Of a DNA stretch of 64,000 bases, positions 11,314 to 28,604 are shown piece by piece. Positions within the stretch are counted from its first letter, which is position 1, and each line of letters begins with the position of its first letter. Position numbers and translations under genes: made by a program. Source of the stretch: the human T2T-CHM13v2.0 reference genome, Homo sapiens. Below the pieces are notes generated by a model. The model was not told the DNA's origin and did no database searches. It was given only the letters and a program-made list of their open reading frames with translations. The DNA is taken from the NCBI RefSeq assembly GCF_009914755.1, contig NC_060930.1. One strand, written 5' to 3'.

Positions 11314-13277
11314 TCACCTTTGTTCCTCTTCCTTGATATTGGTGAGCCTTGTTAATATGTGCCATTAGGTTTATACATGCAAAAGAGATGTTCTTTGCTC
11401 CCATAGAAACTGAGAATTTGATAAGTAAGACAGATAAGTTGCAGTATCAGAATATGTTCCATTTAGCTTAATACCTTGTTTTTTCCTTTAAAGAAGTTTA
11501 AATAGGAGCAAGTCGTGGGTTGATCAGCAGCTACAACTCTCTTCTAGTCTTTTTTCATCACCATGAGTTAGTATAGTATGACCAGTATTCTCAATCATGT
11601 TAAGTTTTTGCATAAGTTTATAACTAATGATATGTGAAGCTTTTTAAGACTGAAAACTGAATTATATGTGGACTTTTTTAGGACCTAATGTTATTGTTTA
11701 ATATTTTTACCTCTTGATTTATATAATGCTTTATTGTTTGTAAAACCTTTTCACATAAATAATTATTCTCAGGGGTTAAGAAAATTTCCCTTAATGAAAT
11801 TTTATAGAATATTTTCCCCTGTAAGTACATTAAACACCAGAAAAGCTGAATCTTGATATTAAAGTTAATATATTTCTAAAGACGTATGTTTTTTCTTTAT
11901 TCTAATAGTCTGATTTACAGTTTCTATATGACTTTTATTATTTGATGATAGATGCATCATTGTTTAGAGAATAACATAAGTGTGCTTTCATTCTAAAGTA
12001 ATGAAAGGGAAGGAAAATTATTATATGAAATACATTAATAATCAAGACTTTATAACTTAAATATCAAGGGAGAATTCATGTTCACAGTCCTCTCATGGAA
12101 AAAAACAACCGTATGACAAATGAAGTTAATCTGTTCAGATTCCAGCACAGCGAGGGGAGATTTGGTGCTTATAATGTACTGTAGCAATGAGTTGACACCC
12201 TAGCATCAGATTTTCCCAGTATCGTAAGTAAATGTATATAGAAACGAAAACTCATTTATTACATTATACTCTTATTATTTTATTACAGTACTGTGCTTTG
12301 CATATTTATAAAGCTTGTAATTTGCTTAGTATGCACATTAGTGCATATATTAGTAAGACATAACCTTAGACAGTTATAAAAGAGTGTTTGGCTGAGTACC
12401 AGACCCCAAAATATCTATACAGGTCTTAAGATTTTGAATTAACTAATTGCACATGTTGAACAAGGAAAAAATTAATCACAGTATTGAAACAAAGACACAG
12501 AATTATAGTTTCTCTGCTAATCGCATAACATTATCAAAATTCGTTTCTTTGAAAACAGCTTAATGAAAAGTGTACAGGCATTAGAAATGAGAGTGATGTG
12601 ATGGGATGAAATTAAGGACTAGAACATAGGCATGAAATGATGCCCAATCCTGTTGGGAAGATGGGGGATCTGCTACTCTGGACCTAATTCTGATCTACAA
12701 AGACAACTGGTTGGTGATATGGAAATGATGAGTCATCTTGGAAATTGTAGGTATAGAGTATCACATATTCAAGCACAATTTTAAAATAAAAGAAAAATTC
12801 TCTTAATATTCAGAGGAAAGACAGTTATGATTTGATAAACTTGAAACTGTTAAAGAAAGGATGTTCAGGCAGTATTGGATCACCTCCTAGAATAAAATTA
12901 TCCATAGTAAGGAGTCTCTTTGAATACCTCTACCCTTTTCCTTGTCAGAATTTCTCCTACAATTCTGCATCTTTTGTTTCAATATTGTGATTAATTTTGT
13001 CCTTGTTTAACGTGTGCAGTTAGTTAATTTAAAATCTTTGTTACACTTATATAGATTTTTAGGGGCTGGTACTCAGCAAAACACTCTTTTACAACTTCCT
13101 GACAGGAATTTCTTCTGTCAAGGAATAGGGGAAATATATTTAAAGAGACTGTTCTAGTTCCAAAAGGGCCTTACAATGTGTTAAAGGTATAAAAAGATTA
13201 TATAAAAAGACATTAAAAGATTATATGGAAGGAGGAGGTATATAACCAAAGGCGAATATAAGAAGAGTACTTAGCTC

Positions 13278-13580
13278 AGCTGGGTGCGGTGGGGTGGCTT
13301 AAGCCTGTAATCCCAGCAATTTGGGAGGCCAAGGTGGGCAGATCACCTGAGGTCAGGAGTTCAAGACGAGCCTGGCCAACATGGCGAAACCCTGTCTCTA
13401 CTAAAAATACAAAAATTAGCCAGGCGTGGAAGTGGGCACCTGTATTCCCAGCTACTCGGGAGCCTGAGGCAGGGAGAATTGCTTGAACCCAGGAAGCAGA
13501 GGTTGCAGTGAGGTGAGATCACACCACTGCGCTCCAAACTGGGCGGCAAAGTGAGACTCCATCTCAAAAAAAAAAACAAA
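13278..13580 (+). mobile_element. AluSx-like
   Basis: Full Alu with A tail; TSD tacttagctc. Confidence 0.95.
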
Positions 13581-13952
13581 AAACTACTTAGCTCTGCCAA
13601 TGAACTGATAAACAGAATGAGCTTTTTATTAATGCATGAATAGCTTACATTAAAGTAGAGATGCAAATGTATATTACAATATGAGTGAATGTGATTTTAG
13701 AGGTTTATATGAAAACATATGATGAAATAATTGAGTTTTTTTTTAAAGAAGACAAAAGTCAGTCATCAGGAAAATGCAGACTAAAACAACAACTACTCAT
13801 CAGAATGGCTAAAATGTTAGTTAGATTGTGATGCAGCTGGAGCTTCTCATAACTTACTGATGTGAATTTTAAGTGTTGCAGTCATTTCGGAAGTTTCTTG
13901 GGCAGTATTCACATCCTCCATGACCCAGCAATTTTATTCCTAAACAGGTACC

Positions 13953-15975
13953 TGTGGTAGGCAGAAGTCTAAGATGGGCCCCAAGGTATCTACCCTTTGA
14001 TGTACACATAGCTATTTCTTGTTAATTAATCAAACACTTAGCTTGGTGAAGACATTTTGCCAGATGTATTTCAGTTCCCAAATTAGTTGACCTTAAAATA
14101 CGAAGATGATCCTCAGTAGGCCTAACAAGCAGGTGAGCACTTAAGAGACTGGATTTTTCCTGTCAAAAGGCTCAGAGTGTGAGAAGGATCCAGTGGACAG
14201 GAGATTGTTTCTTGCTGGCTTCGAAGATGGAGGGGGCCATGTAGGAATACCAGTGGCCTCTAGGAGCATACCCCCTGACAGACAGCAGGGAGACAGGGAT
14301 TCAGACCTACAGCCACAGATGCTGAATTCAGCTAGCAACCTGAATGAGCTTGGGAGCAGATTCTTTCCCAGCACTTCCAGAAAGGGATGCAGGAATGCAG
14401 CATGGCTGAAATGTGGATTTTAGCCTGTAAGTCCTTGAGCAGAGACCCTATTAAGTGACTGCACCTCTAACCTACAGAAATAATAAATGGGTATTCTTTT
14501 AAGCCATTAAATTTGTGATACCTTGTTACAAAATCAGTAAAAAAAAAAAATACACCTGGTATTAGTTTGGTACCTGAAAGTGGAATACTACTGTAACAAA
14601 TATCTGAATATGTGGAAGTCACTTTGGAACTTCGCAGTGAGTAGAACCTGGAAGAATTTCGAGGAGTATGATAGAAAAGCACATACTGCCCAAAACAAGC
14701 TGTTTGTAGGACTCAGTACTTAAGTCTCTTGCTAGGGAGAGGCTGGAGAAAGTGGTTCCTTGTTGTATAGTGGGAGAACAGAATGCTTAGCAGAATTGTC
14801 CCCTACACAATAGGTAAGTGATTAACTTGGATATTTAGCTGAAGAGATTTCCAAGGAAAGTGTTGAGGGTGTGAGCCGATTCTTCTTGCTGCTTTATAAT
14901 AAAATGCAAGAGGAGAGAGAAATTGAGTGAAGAAGTTTTAAAGGAACCAGGACTTGACAATTTGGGGAATTCCTACTGTGATGCAGCTGGCAAAAGAGAG
15001 ATTGTTTCTAAAAGTGTGGCACAGAGAAAAATGTGAGAGTGCAGCTGTATAATTTTTTACTAAAAACCCGTTAAAGATCAAAAGGTCAGAGCATTCAGTC
15101 ACACAGAGGGCCCTTTTTAAGAGATTAACAGTGTACCCCACAGATCTTTTCAAGAAACCAGAGCATCTAGAAAGTTTTTAAAAGTATCATCCCACAGGCA
15201 TTTCAGCAGGAGCCAAAATGGAGAAAGGGTTCTCTGAAAAAAGATTTGTGAGTGTGACTTTTGTCTAAAGGAGTAAAACCCAATACAATTTATTTAAGAC
15301 CTGCAAGTTTCTTGAGAAAATTGCATCAGTAGAACATTGCCAGCTTGGACTGAAAAGGACAGAGAGAGTACAAAATAAAAGGAAGCTGTAGCCAGAAGCA
15401 GGCTGATAAAAGAACTCAGCTGCAAATAAGTGGTAACTTACATGAAAAAGGAACAATGATTAAGAGAGTAGAGCTTAGACCCACAGAGAATTAGTCCCTG
15501 GTCTTGAATCCTAAGAAAAATCCACCATTTGCCACAACGAATTTCAAGACTGTTATGGACTAATAAACTCCTTTTTACCTTCCACTTTCTCTCAATTTCA
15601 ATGGGAATTTCTATACAGTCAGCCTTTCATATCTGTAGGTTGTGTATCCCTGGACTCAACCAACTATGGCTTGAAAATATTTGGGGAAAAATACAAAAAA
15701 AAATAGTATATTTGCATTGCACTTACATTGTATTGGCATTGTAAGTAATCTAGAAATGATTTAAAGTATATGGGAAGATTTGTGTAGGTTATATGCAAAT
15801 ATTATACCATTTTATATGAGGGACTTGAATATCTTTGGATTTTGGTATTCATGGGGCTCCTGGAACCAATCCCCCATGGATACCAAGGTAGAACAGTAAC
15901 CAGTAACCTATATCCATCCCACCTCTGCATGCTGGGTGTGTTTGGGAGCAGATAATTTTTTTCTTTGGTTACTCT
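13953..15975 (+). mobile_element. MLT1E/F-like MaLR LTR (13953-14554) followed by MLT1 internal sequence, interrupted by MER2
   Basis: tgtggtaggcagaa LTR start, ...aaataca end, then ttggtacctgaaagtgg...tgtggaagtcactttggaact as in MLT1-int starts. Confidence 0.75.
15616..15896. mobile_element. MER2
   Basis: Same motif series as 9274-9571 (aagtaatctaga...ggttatatgcaaat...ggaaccaatccccc). Confidence 0.85.
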
Positions 15976-16156
15976 AGGACAGAGAAATTAATAGAAAAAT
16001 TGTATCCTATTGTTGGATGTATCATGACAGTTCTGCTGTTTTATTGATATCTAATTTATTAATATCAATTTTTATATCTGTTCTTCTCCCTACTTTATTT
16101 TTAACTTCTTGTGTTTAAGATCAAAATTCATTTATTTGCTTAAGAATAAATGCTTT

Positions 16157-16277
16157 AGGAGAATCGCTTGAACCTGGGAGGCGGAGGTTGCAGCAAGCTG
16201 AGATCACATCACTGCACTCCAGCATGGGCAACAAGAGTGAAACCTTGTCTCCAAAAAAAAAAAAAAAAAAAAAAAAA
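16157..16277 (+). mobile_element. 5'-truncated AluS (3' ~95 nt plus A tail)
   Basis: ggagaatcgcttgaacctgggaggcggagg...gggcaacaagag plus about 25 A. Confidence 0.92.
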
Positions 16278-16278
16278 G

Positions 16279-20658
<4,380 letters not shown>

Positions 20659-20778
20659 AGTCACAAAGTCATGAAGCAATCTCCCATATTTAAGGACCTG
20701 TAGTTAGACATTGCTGGGTGGGTAATCAAGAACAAATAAGGCAAGAAAGGTCTACTTCATGAAAGACTTTCTTTGTTC

Positions 20779-21091
20779 CTTTTTGTTGTTGCTGTTGTTG
20801 TTGTTGTTTTTTGTTTAAGGAGGGAGGGTTGGTGCAGTCATGGCTCACTGCTCAAGCAATTTCCCAGGCTCAAGCAGTCCTCCTGCCTCAGCTCAAGCAA
20901 TCCTCCTGCCTCAGCCTCCTGAGTAGCTGGGACTACAGGCATGAATCTCCAAACCAGGCTATACATTTCTTGTAGAGACAAGTTCTCACTATATTGCCCC
21001 GGGCTCATCTTGAACTCCTAAGCTCAAGTGATCCTCCAGCCTTGGCCTCCCACAGTGCTGGAATTACAGGTGTGAGCCACTGTGCCCAGCC
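20779..21091 (-). mobile_element. AluJ with (TTG)n-converted tail and an internal 23-bp duplication
   Basis: Antisense Alu with gctcaagca[g/a]tcctcctgcctca twice in tandem; flanking catgaaa..g.c.ttct repeats. Confidence 0.88.
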
Positions 21092-22437
21092 ATGAAAAGG
21101 CCTTCTGTACAATTATAAGAAAGTTAGATTCTCAACCTTTTTTCAACTTTAAATAATTAATCTAGTAACATCATCTTAAGATACATGATAAGCAGGTATT
21201 TTTTGGACTGTAGACTATCATACAAATTGCAGATTATTTCCTTGCTGTATTTCAATGCAGGAACAGAAACCACTGCAGATATTTTACACATAAGAGGATT
21301 TAACACAAGAACCTAGCTGTTTAAAAGAATGTTTGGAAGGGTACAGACTTACTGAGTTTTAGAACGTATTGCCATAGCTTCAATGCAGGGAATAGGAAAC
21401 AGGGCTGCTTTCATGATTACCACCTCTCACCACATGAAGCTCATGAGCAGACTTGGAACACTGTGTTTGGTCCCCACTGCTGCTGCTCCATAAGTGTCTT
21501 CTACTGTTCAGATCTCTGTAAACATCCTTGTCAGCAGAGATAGCAACAGAAAGATAGTCTCTGCCTCACTTCTGCCTACACATTTCAAACACATCCAATT
21601 AGTAGAAATGTAATATCATCTAGAACCTTAGCTGAAAGGAGAAGTATGTTTTAGTTTTCCAGTATCTGCAGTATAGAAGGGCATATAGGAGGAAGTGCAA
21701 ATCCTGTAATCCCAGCACTTTGGTACTGAGTACCAAGTGACCAAATCCTGCACACTGTGTATCTCTACCCTTTTTTCCCAGATATAGGTACCACAAAATG
21801 TCATTGAATATGGTTTCACTAAATATGGTTTAAGAAGCATTATGGTAGAAGGGAGGAAGCTATTAGAGTCTTTCAAGTAGATAATGTGAACTTTCTTGGC
21901 TTCGAAAAGATAACTCTTGTGGCAGTTTAGAATGGATTTGACGATCAATGATAATGGTTTAAATTAGGCTCAGGCCGTAAGGATGGAGAGGGAGTACGCT
22001 GGGAATGTCTGATTGTTTTATTAATTACTATGATAGGTTCCCATATTTTGTATGGTTTTCTTGCTCATTTAATAAAGACTTACTGAATACTCATTAGGTG
22101 TAAGATATTATGATATTTGCTGAGAATATAAATGTGATGACATTTTCTATTATGTTGGGTTAATCTAATGGTTAATTTCAACATTACTTAGGAAGCTGTA
22201 CATATTCTTCTGTCAAAGAAAATTGGTAATAATAAAATCTTCCAAATTTTGTGCTTGACTACATAATATTTGACAGGCTGCTGTCACAGCTAAATATTAT
22301 AGCAAATAGGATGTATGTGTTACTCCCTAGTACTTAACATTATAGATATCTTAAATTCCTTAAGCAAATACAGAACTGTCATGTTCCCAGTAACATGATT
22401 TGTAAGATATGTTTAAGTCAAGTGCAGTATAGGGATT

Positions 22438-22520
22438 TAGAATACAAGTTGTATTCTACAAGAATCCCCTCAGTGTGCCACTAAATACAACTTGTATTTA
22501 GTGGCATACTGAGGGGATTC
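22438..22520. repeat. Two adjacent palindromes (10-bp arms at 22438-22458; 29-bp arms at 22462-22520)
   Basis: GAATCCCCTCAGTGTGCCACTAAATACAA-C-TTGTATTTAGTGGCATACTGAGGGGATTC, 28/29 complementary. Confidence 0.97.
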
Positions 22521-23057
22521 AACTTCATTATCTGTGTATTTCTGTTACATTGTTTCAATCATTTTCTTTTCTCTTGGTTCAGCTTATCCATTTTAAGGTA
22601 ACTTTTCAGTCTCAATTTAATATGCTGTTCTTATAATATTAAAATAAATAACCTTATTAGTGTTTCCTAAGTTTTAGTGTTTCTTAGGTGGGTTTCAACT
22701 ATATATATTATTAAATGTTACTATTTTCAGTACAATTTTATGTTCTACTAATAGACACCAGCACTACAAAACTTAACTTGGTCTCTTGATATTAGTAAAA
22801 GATGTACTTAAAAATATGAGTCATTGTTATTTATTATCATTAAAGATCTATATCACCATAAAATTAAAAAATAATCTTTAAGAAAAACAAGTGAAGAGTT
22901 GATTTTGATCCACAGCAGTATTTCAGCTTCATGAAACATACACTGTTTGCATTCCTGAAAAGTTTTGTTGGGGTCTTCTTAACTCTAGAACTATAAGAAT
23001 TTATTTTCCTATATGTTTTTATAGCTTTATTTTAGTTGAGTTTATTTTATTACTAAT

Positions 23058-23480
23058 AGGTCAATTTTCTATTTCTGCATAGAAGAACAACCCCAAACTT
23101 AGAGGCTAAAATAACAGCCATTTTGTTGGCTCATAGTTCTGTTGGGTCGGCAACCTGGGTCGGCTCAGCAGGAGTGCCTTCCCCTGAAGTCACTTACACA
23201 ACTGTAGTTATCTGGCTGCACGACTAGGTTGGATGATCTAGCTTGCCTTACTCGTATGTCTGGTGGTTGGTTCTGGCTATGGGCCAGGCCAGGGTCTCCA
23301 ACAGGCTAGTCTGGGCTTCATCACATGGCACTTGGGTTCTGAAAGCATTAAAAAAGAGACCAAGCCCCTCTTCCTTGCAAGTACTTTTCAAACTATGCCT
23401 GTGGCACAACTGCTAATAATTCATTGGCGCATGCAAGCCACACGATCAATCCTAGAGTCAGTGTGGGAGGGGAATGTAAT
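23058..23480 (-). mobile_element. MLT1H-like MaLR LTR
   Basis: caaccccaaacttagaggctaaaataacagcc...ggctcatagttctg...caggctagtctgggcttc motifs. Confidence 0.75.
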
Positions 23481-23704
23481 CTGAAATCTTCTACGTTTGA
23501 AATCTGTTTGTCTCAAAGCTGTTCAGTGCCATTTGTTTCATGACTACTTTCACTAAAAAATGTTAGATTTCTATTGCATGTGACTCAAACATTTCCTTAA
23601 AAAAAGATTTCTTGTGGATTACTTTCTTAAAATTATTAAATAACGATACCTTCTGTCTTGTCTGTCTCTCTCTGTGTACAAACATGCACACGCATAACAC
23701 ATAG

Positions 23705-24013
23705 TTTTTTGTTTTTTGTTTTTTGTTTTTTTGAGACGGATTCTTGCTCTGTTACCCAGGCTGGAGTGCAGTGAGTGGATCTCGGCTCACTGCAAGCTCC
23801 GCCTCCCAGGTTCACGCCATTCTCGTGCCTCAGCCTCCTGAGTAGCTGGAACTACAGGTGCCCACCACCTCGCCTGGCTAATCTTTGTATTTTTTAATAG
23901 AGACGGGGTTTCACCATGTTAGCCAGGATGGTCTCGATCTCCTGACCTCGTGATCTGCCTGCCTTGGCCTCCCAAAGTGCTGGGATTACAGGCGTGAGCC
24001 ACCGCGCCCAGCC
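23705..24013 (-). mobile_element. AluY with (TTTTTG)n tail
   Basis: gcaagctccgcc/ttcacgccattctc diagnostics; TSD CATAACACATA at 23693-23703 and 24014-24024. Confidence 0.94.
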
Positions 24014-25895
24014 CATAACACATAATTTTAAGTGCTCTAACACATTACTCCTTTTAAGTAGTCAATATATTTTTAAATTTATTATATAAAATCTTTCATA
24101 TTATTTAATTATTTTATCATTTAAACCCTCCATAAGGTAAGGATTTTAATATCACTGGCATGGTATTGTTTTGTTTGGTTGCAACTGGAAGTTTAGTTTT
24201 TTCACTCTTCTGTTCCTACATGTTCAGAGCCATGACAATTTGCCAGTTAAGAAATTCTTGAGTTCATTGTGATTTAAAAAGCATTAAACTTTTCTCTCTT
24301 CTCAGTTTACTTAAATGATGATGGTAGTTATAGAGCAGAGTAATTTTTAAGTTTGGTGGTGCTTTGTACAAATACACTCCCATTATTTATATATTTTTAA
24401 AAAAATATATGAGTCATTCTAGAGACCTTATTAAAGTGTTGGTGCTAAACTAGTTAAATGAATGTTTAAGTTTCTTGTTAATGTATTAAATACTAAATAT
24501 TTTGTTCTTCTCACTTCTGGAAAACATAGTGATGCTTAAAATATCTCAGTCATGTAAGTTAGTTTTACAGTTGACTGAGGAAAAAAAATCTTAGGATGAT
24601 AGCTAATATTGAGAAAGTGAGCCTTGTGAGTAACAAAGTACTATCAAATCATTTTGTTTATACAGTAGACATGTCTATACTTGGTTAAACTTACATAAAT
24701 TCTTTAGAAAGAGACCATTATCATATAAAACACTCAACAGAAATTACAAGTAGATGAAGCTTAAGTAATTATCTAACTGAACATTACCTCTAAGAAAGAA
24801 TGAGAATGAGTTGCGTGTGTATTTATTTGATAAGTGTTTTCGTCTTGAAAATCTCTGTAATAAAATTGTGTGTTAATGGAAATACAAAATATTCTGTATG
24901 CTTTGCCGAGTGCCTAATGTTAGTATTGACAGGCTGGCAGTCATTATTATCATTTGTGTTATTTTAAGTGCTATTTATTTAAATTATAAAGTCTTTTCTG
25001 AGAGACGAAATGGGGGGGTCTGTAGGAAAAAAAATAAGCATTATAGATTTTCACAAGATACCTTTTTTTTTTAACTAAAAATAAGTGCTATGAAAAGGAC
25101 AAGAGAAAAAAACAGGACAAGACGGTATTCATTCTTTGCCTTGAAATTAAATGAGCCAGTATGAAAACTGTCTGCAGTTGTCAGAATGATGAATTTTAGC
25201 AAATGCATGTAAATTATTGTAATTTGTTAATGAAGGCCTGCCATATCATCAGAACATAGGAAGAAATAGTTCAAATATATTTCAGAAACATTGTCTAAGA
25301 CTGAGTACAGGTGATCTCAGTCCTTCAAAAGGCCCACAAGTTAATGAGAAAGATGGACCTTGACAATCATATAAGGCAAGCCTGATAGAGATACAAAAGT
25401 ATCACATCAGTTTAAATGCAAGTGGTATTTGAATTGAATCTTTGAAGAGAAGAAAAATATCAAGGAGGTGCATTTTGCCTGGAAGGAGTAGTAACCACAG
25501 GTACTGAGATGGATTAATGTGCTTAGTAATGCCTGAGAAACACAGTAGTACTCAGGGGTGATGTAGATGTTGAAATCATAGCTTATGGCCTAAAGGGTAA
25601 ATGTGTGGTATGCCCAAGGTTACGCAGTTAGTGGAGGACAGCCAGATTTGAAACACATTCTAACTTCAAAATTCATCTTCTATCGTGCCATGCTATCTAT
25701 TTGCTGTAAGGCCTTATGTTTGATGTATAAGCTGAATTAGCATAATTAAATATTAGTCACAATGAATAGATAAATCTGATGATTATATACCAGTTTTGCT
25801 GTTCCTGAATTATATATCATAATCAACCCTCTAATGCAATTAGTAAAATTTGCCATTTTTCAAATTTCTTTTTTGAGTATATTTTTCTCTTGCAG

Positions 25896-26030
25896 GGTTA
25901 CATTTTGCCATCTGCCTTTCCAGAGTAAGTGGCTCTATGTGGGCACTGAACGAGGTAATATACATATTGTCAATGTGGAGTCCTTCACACTCTCAGGCTA
26001 CGTCATTATGTGGAATAAAGCCATTGAACT
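25896..26030 (+). CDS. STXBP5: STXBP5 coding exon (likely exon 5), 135 nt: VTFCHLPFQSKWLYVGTERGNIHIVNVESFTLSGYVIMWNKAIE(L)
   Basis: tttttctcttgcag|G acceptor, CT|gtgagt donor; phase 2 to 2; contained in ORF 25834..26034. Confidence 0.97.
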
Positions 26031-27549
26031 GTGAGTTTGAACAAATATTTTGTATCTGAAAGCATCAGTTCTATATATAATAATACCGTTACATCATAGC
26101 CAATCAGTAAATCTGTATGGAATTAAATATGTGACAGATGTTCTTAATATTAAGTACAGATTTATTAGTTTTTTATGAGTAGTATTTTGACATGGCAATT
26201 TGTAAATTTAAATTATGCATATGTATATAGAGATATATGCACATTACATATGTATATATTTACATTTGTGTACACTGTAACACTAGTTTAAGGAAACAGT
26301 CATTCCTACTAATGAAAATCATCTAATTTTTTCTGTTCTCTTATCTTCTAATTATTTTTCTTTCAAATGATGGTCATGACCCACAAATGAGTTGCCACCA
26401 ATGTTTGGAAAACACTGATTTAAACTACTACTTGATATGTTTTAATAATCATCAAATATAATGTTTGCTAAAGTTAATATATTATCAAATTAATTTTGTT
26501 TGATTTTACTTAATTTTGATAAATTTTTACTTTTTGATAAATTTTATAAATAATGATTGTTTTCATTTACTAATATTAGTAACAAAAACTAGGTTAAACT
26601 ATAGGGCCCTAAGGATCTTTAGTGCTAACTCTTCACTCTGTCTTAAATTTTTTGTATCTTATCTCTTTCTACAAGTTTTTTCTTACATTTCTGGGACATA
26701 AAAATCAAAGTTTAAGGATATCAGCAAGACCCTTTTGAATGTTTCTTTTTGATTTTAAGCAAATAGTGTTGTATTGTTGCATTCCATGGTATTTACCTCT
26801 TTTTGAGATAAGGATAATTCTGTGACGTATCTCTTAAGTCATGTGTTAGTATAGCTGTAATAGTGTATTAATCCTGGTTTTTCTTCTTGTAGCAAGAATA
26901 TTATCATATATCAGTCCTTTGGTAGGGTGGGTTTTCATGGTCTGTTCTTTGAATTGATCATGACATCTACTAGGTAGGCCTAGTGCAGGTGTCTGTATAG
27001 TTTCACAGATGGCTCTCATGAAATGGAGTGATCTGTCAAACTTGGGAGTTTCTGAATTAGGGGTATGCTTATTTTTACTCTATAGGCATCAGTTCAACCA
27101 TATTCTTATTTGTAGAACTTCTTTTTCTCTGAGCAGATATAGGTGGCATTATTTTTTTTTTAATAGAATGTTTTTCTATTTCTATTGAAACTAAATGGGA
27201 TGCCTAAATTGGAGGCTAGAATTCAGTAAAATAAGATAGGTGCTGCATTATTCAAAAATAGTAATTTTGAGAATTCTACCTTGACAATAGATTTCCTGTG
27301 CTCAAATCTTTGACTAAATTGAAGATTCTTTCCTATGCAGAAAGTGTACTTAATTGTGAATTTTGCTTAGTTATATGAGTCACCACTTCTTCCCTGATCC
27401 CTATTTTGATCCATATTAAGAACTATATGCCTATTATTTATCTCTTGCTGAAATCCTTTCTTTCTTTATAAATATAACTTATTTTCTATTTATTTTTATT
27501 GGAATGAAATATGTAGCCATATTAAAATTCTTAACTGAAGAGAAAATCT

Positions 27550-27570
27550 TACTAACTTTTTCTTTTTTAG
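27550..27570 (+). promoter_or_regulatory. Perfect TACTAAC U2 branch-site motif plus short pyrimidine tract
   Basis: TACTAAC at 27550-27556 immediately followed by TTTTTCTTTTTTAG. Confidence 0.6.
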
Positions 27571-27634
27571 GTCATCTAAATCTCACCCAGGACCTGTGGT
27601 CCATATAAGTGATAATCCAATGGACGAGGGAAAG
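27571..27634 (+). CDS. STXBP5: STXBP5 coding exon (likely exon 6), 64 nt: SSKSHPGPVVHISDNPMDEGK
   Basis: tactaactttttcttttttag|G acceptor, AAG|gtagaa donor; phase 2 to 0. Confidence 0.96.
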
Positions 27635-28604
27635 GTAGAATTTTTTGTAAAAAATTATATATTAAATGCACAAATTTTAGTATTTTTCAATAAACATGCT
27701 ATTTCAGGATCACACTTATTACAAATTGAGATTACCATTGAAGGTTGTGTATCATATACAGTTAATGCTTATTATTAATTATTAAGAACAAATGAAAGAA
27801 TTAGAATCATTTACAATTTTAAAGGACAAAACAATACCTTAAAACATAAGTCAAACTTAATGCATATAATTACAGGTTATTAATTTATATTTGGCTTATT
27901 CAGACTGTTTTCCCTGATTTTCTGTTAATCCTGGTAAAAAGTTTGCTTTTGGTTTTTGGCTTCTTTTGAACACTTTGTACAATTTTTGTAGCACTAATCA
28001 CAGATTGCCTTATGTTATAGTTGTCTTGTTACCTCATCTCCCCTAAAATTTTTTGTCATAAATAGTTCTAATTAATAATGTAGAGTTTTTTTTAATGTTA
28101 TTTAATTTTTAATACTCTGAAACCAGTTTCATATAATCAGTATCTAGCTATTGTTAATTTAGATTATTTAAATCTTTTAAAATAATAAATATTTTTGGAT
28201 GAATTTTTATTTTCTATTTCAAACCAGTCTTTCAGATAGTTCTATTTAATAATGATGTTTTTCTACCTATATAATTTTATGATCTTAAGCTAAGTAAATA
28301 CCAGGAAGTTTATTGCTATCAGAAATCAGTAAAGTGAAACCTCTGGATTTTGTGCAGGAGTTTAACCAGGGTTTTCATTTCCTCAATTGTGGGAGAGGTT
28401 GAGCTGATATATTGTTTAACACTGTTCTCTTAGTTTGCCATTGGGTAAACAAAAGGATAATTAGACCGTTTGGAGTTAGGTCATAATTATAGCATTGTTT
28501 TAAAAGCCAAGCCTTTCAATGGGAGGCATGGTAGGAGAGTTCAAAACTTCCTTTCCATCTCTAATTGGTCATCAAGTCATTTTAATTCTTCCTGTGCCTT
28601 TTGC

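Noticed and set aside
12140-12165. CTCF or REST site (TCCAGCACAGCGAGGGGAG)
   Set aside because: Only a partial match to either consensus; cannot be supported without a matrix scan or ChIP data
13289-13666. Alu-overlapping ORFs (also 35485, 39025, 40906, 52513, 55126)
   Set aside because: Standard Alu-derived peptides with no independent exon evidence
25834-27778. ORFs 25834..26034 and 27596..27778 as stand-alone small proteins
   Set aside because: They are STXBP5 exons read through into flanking intron
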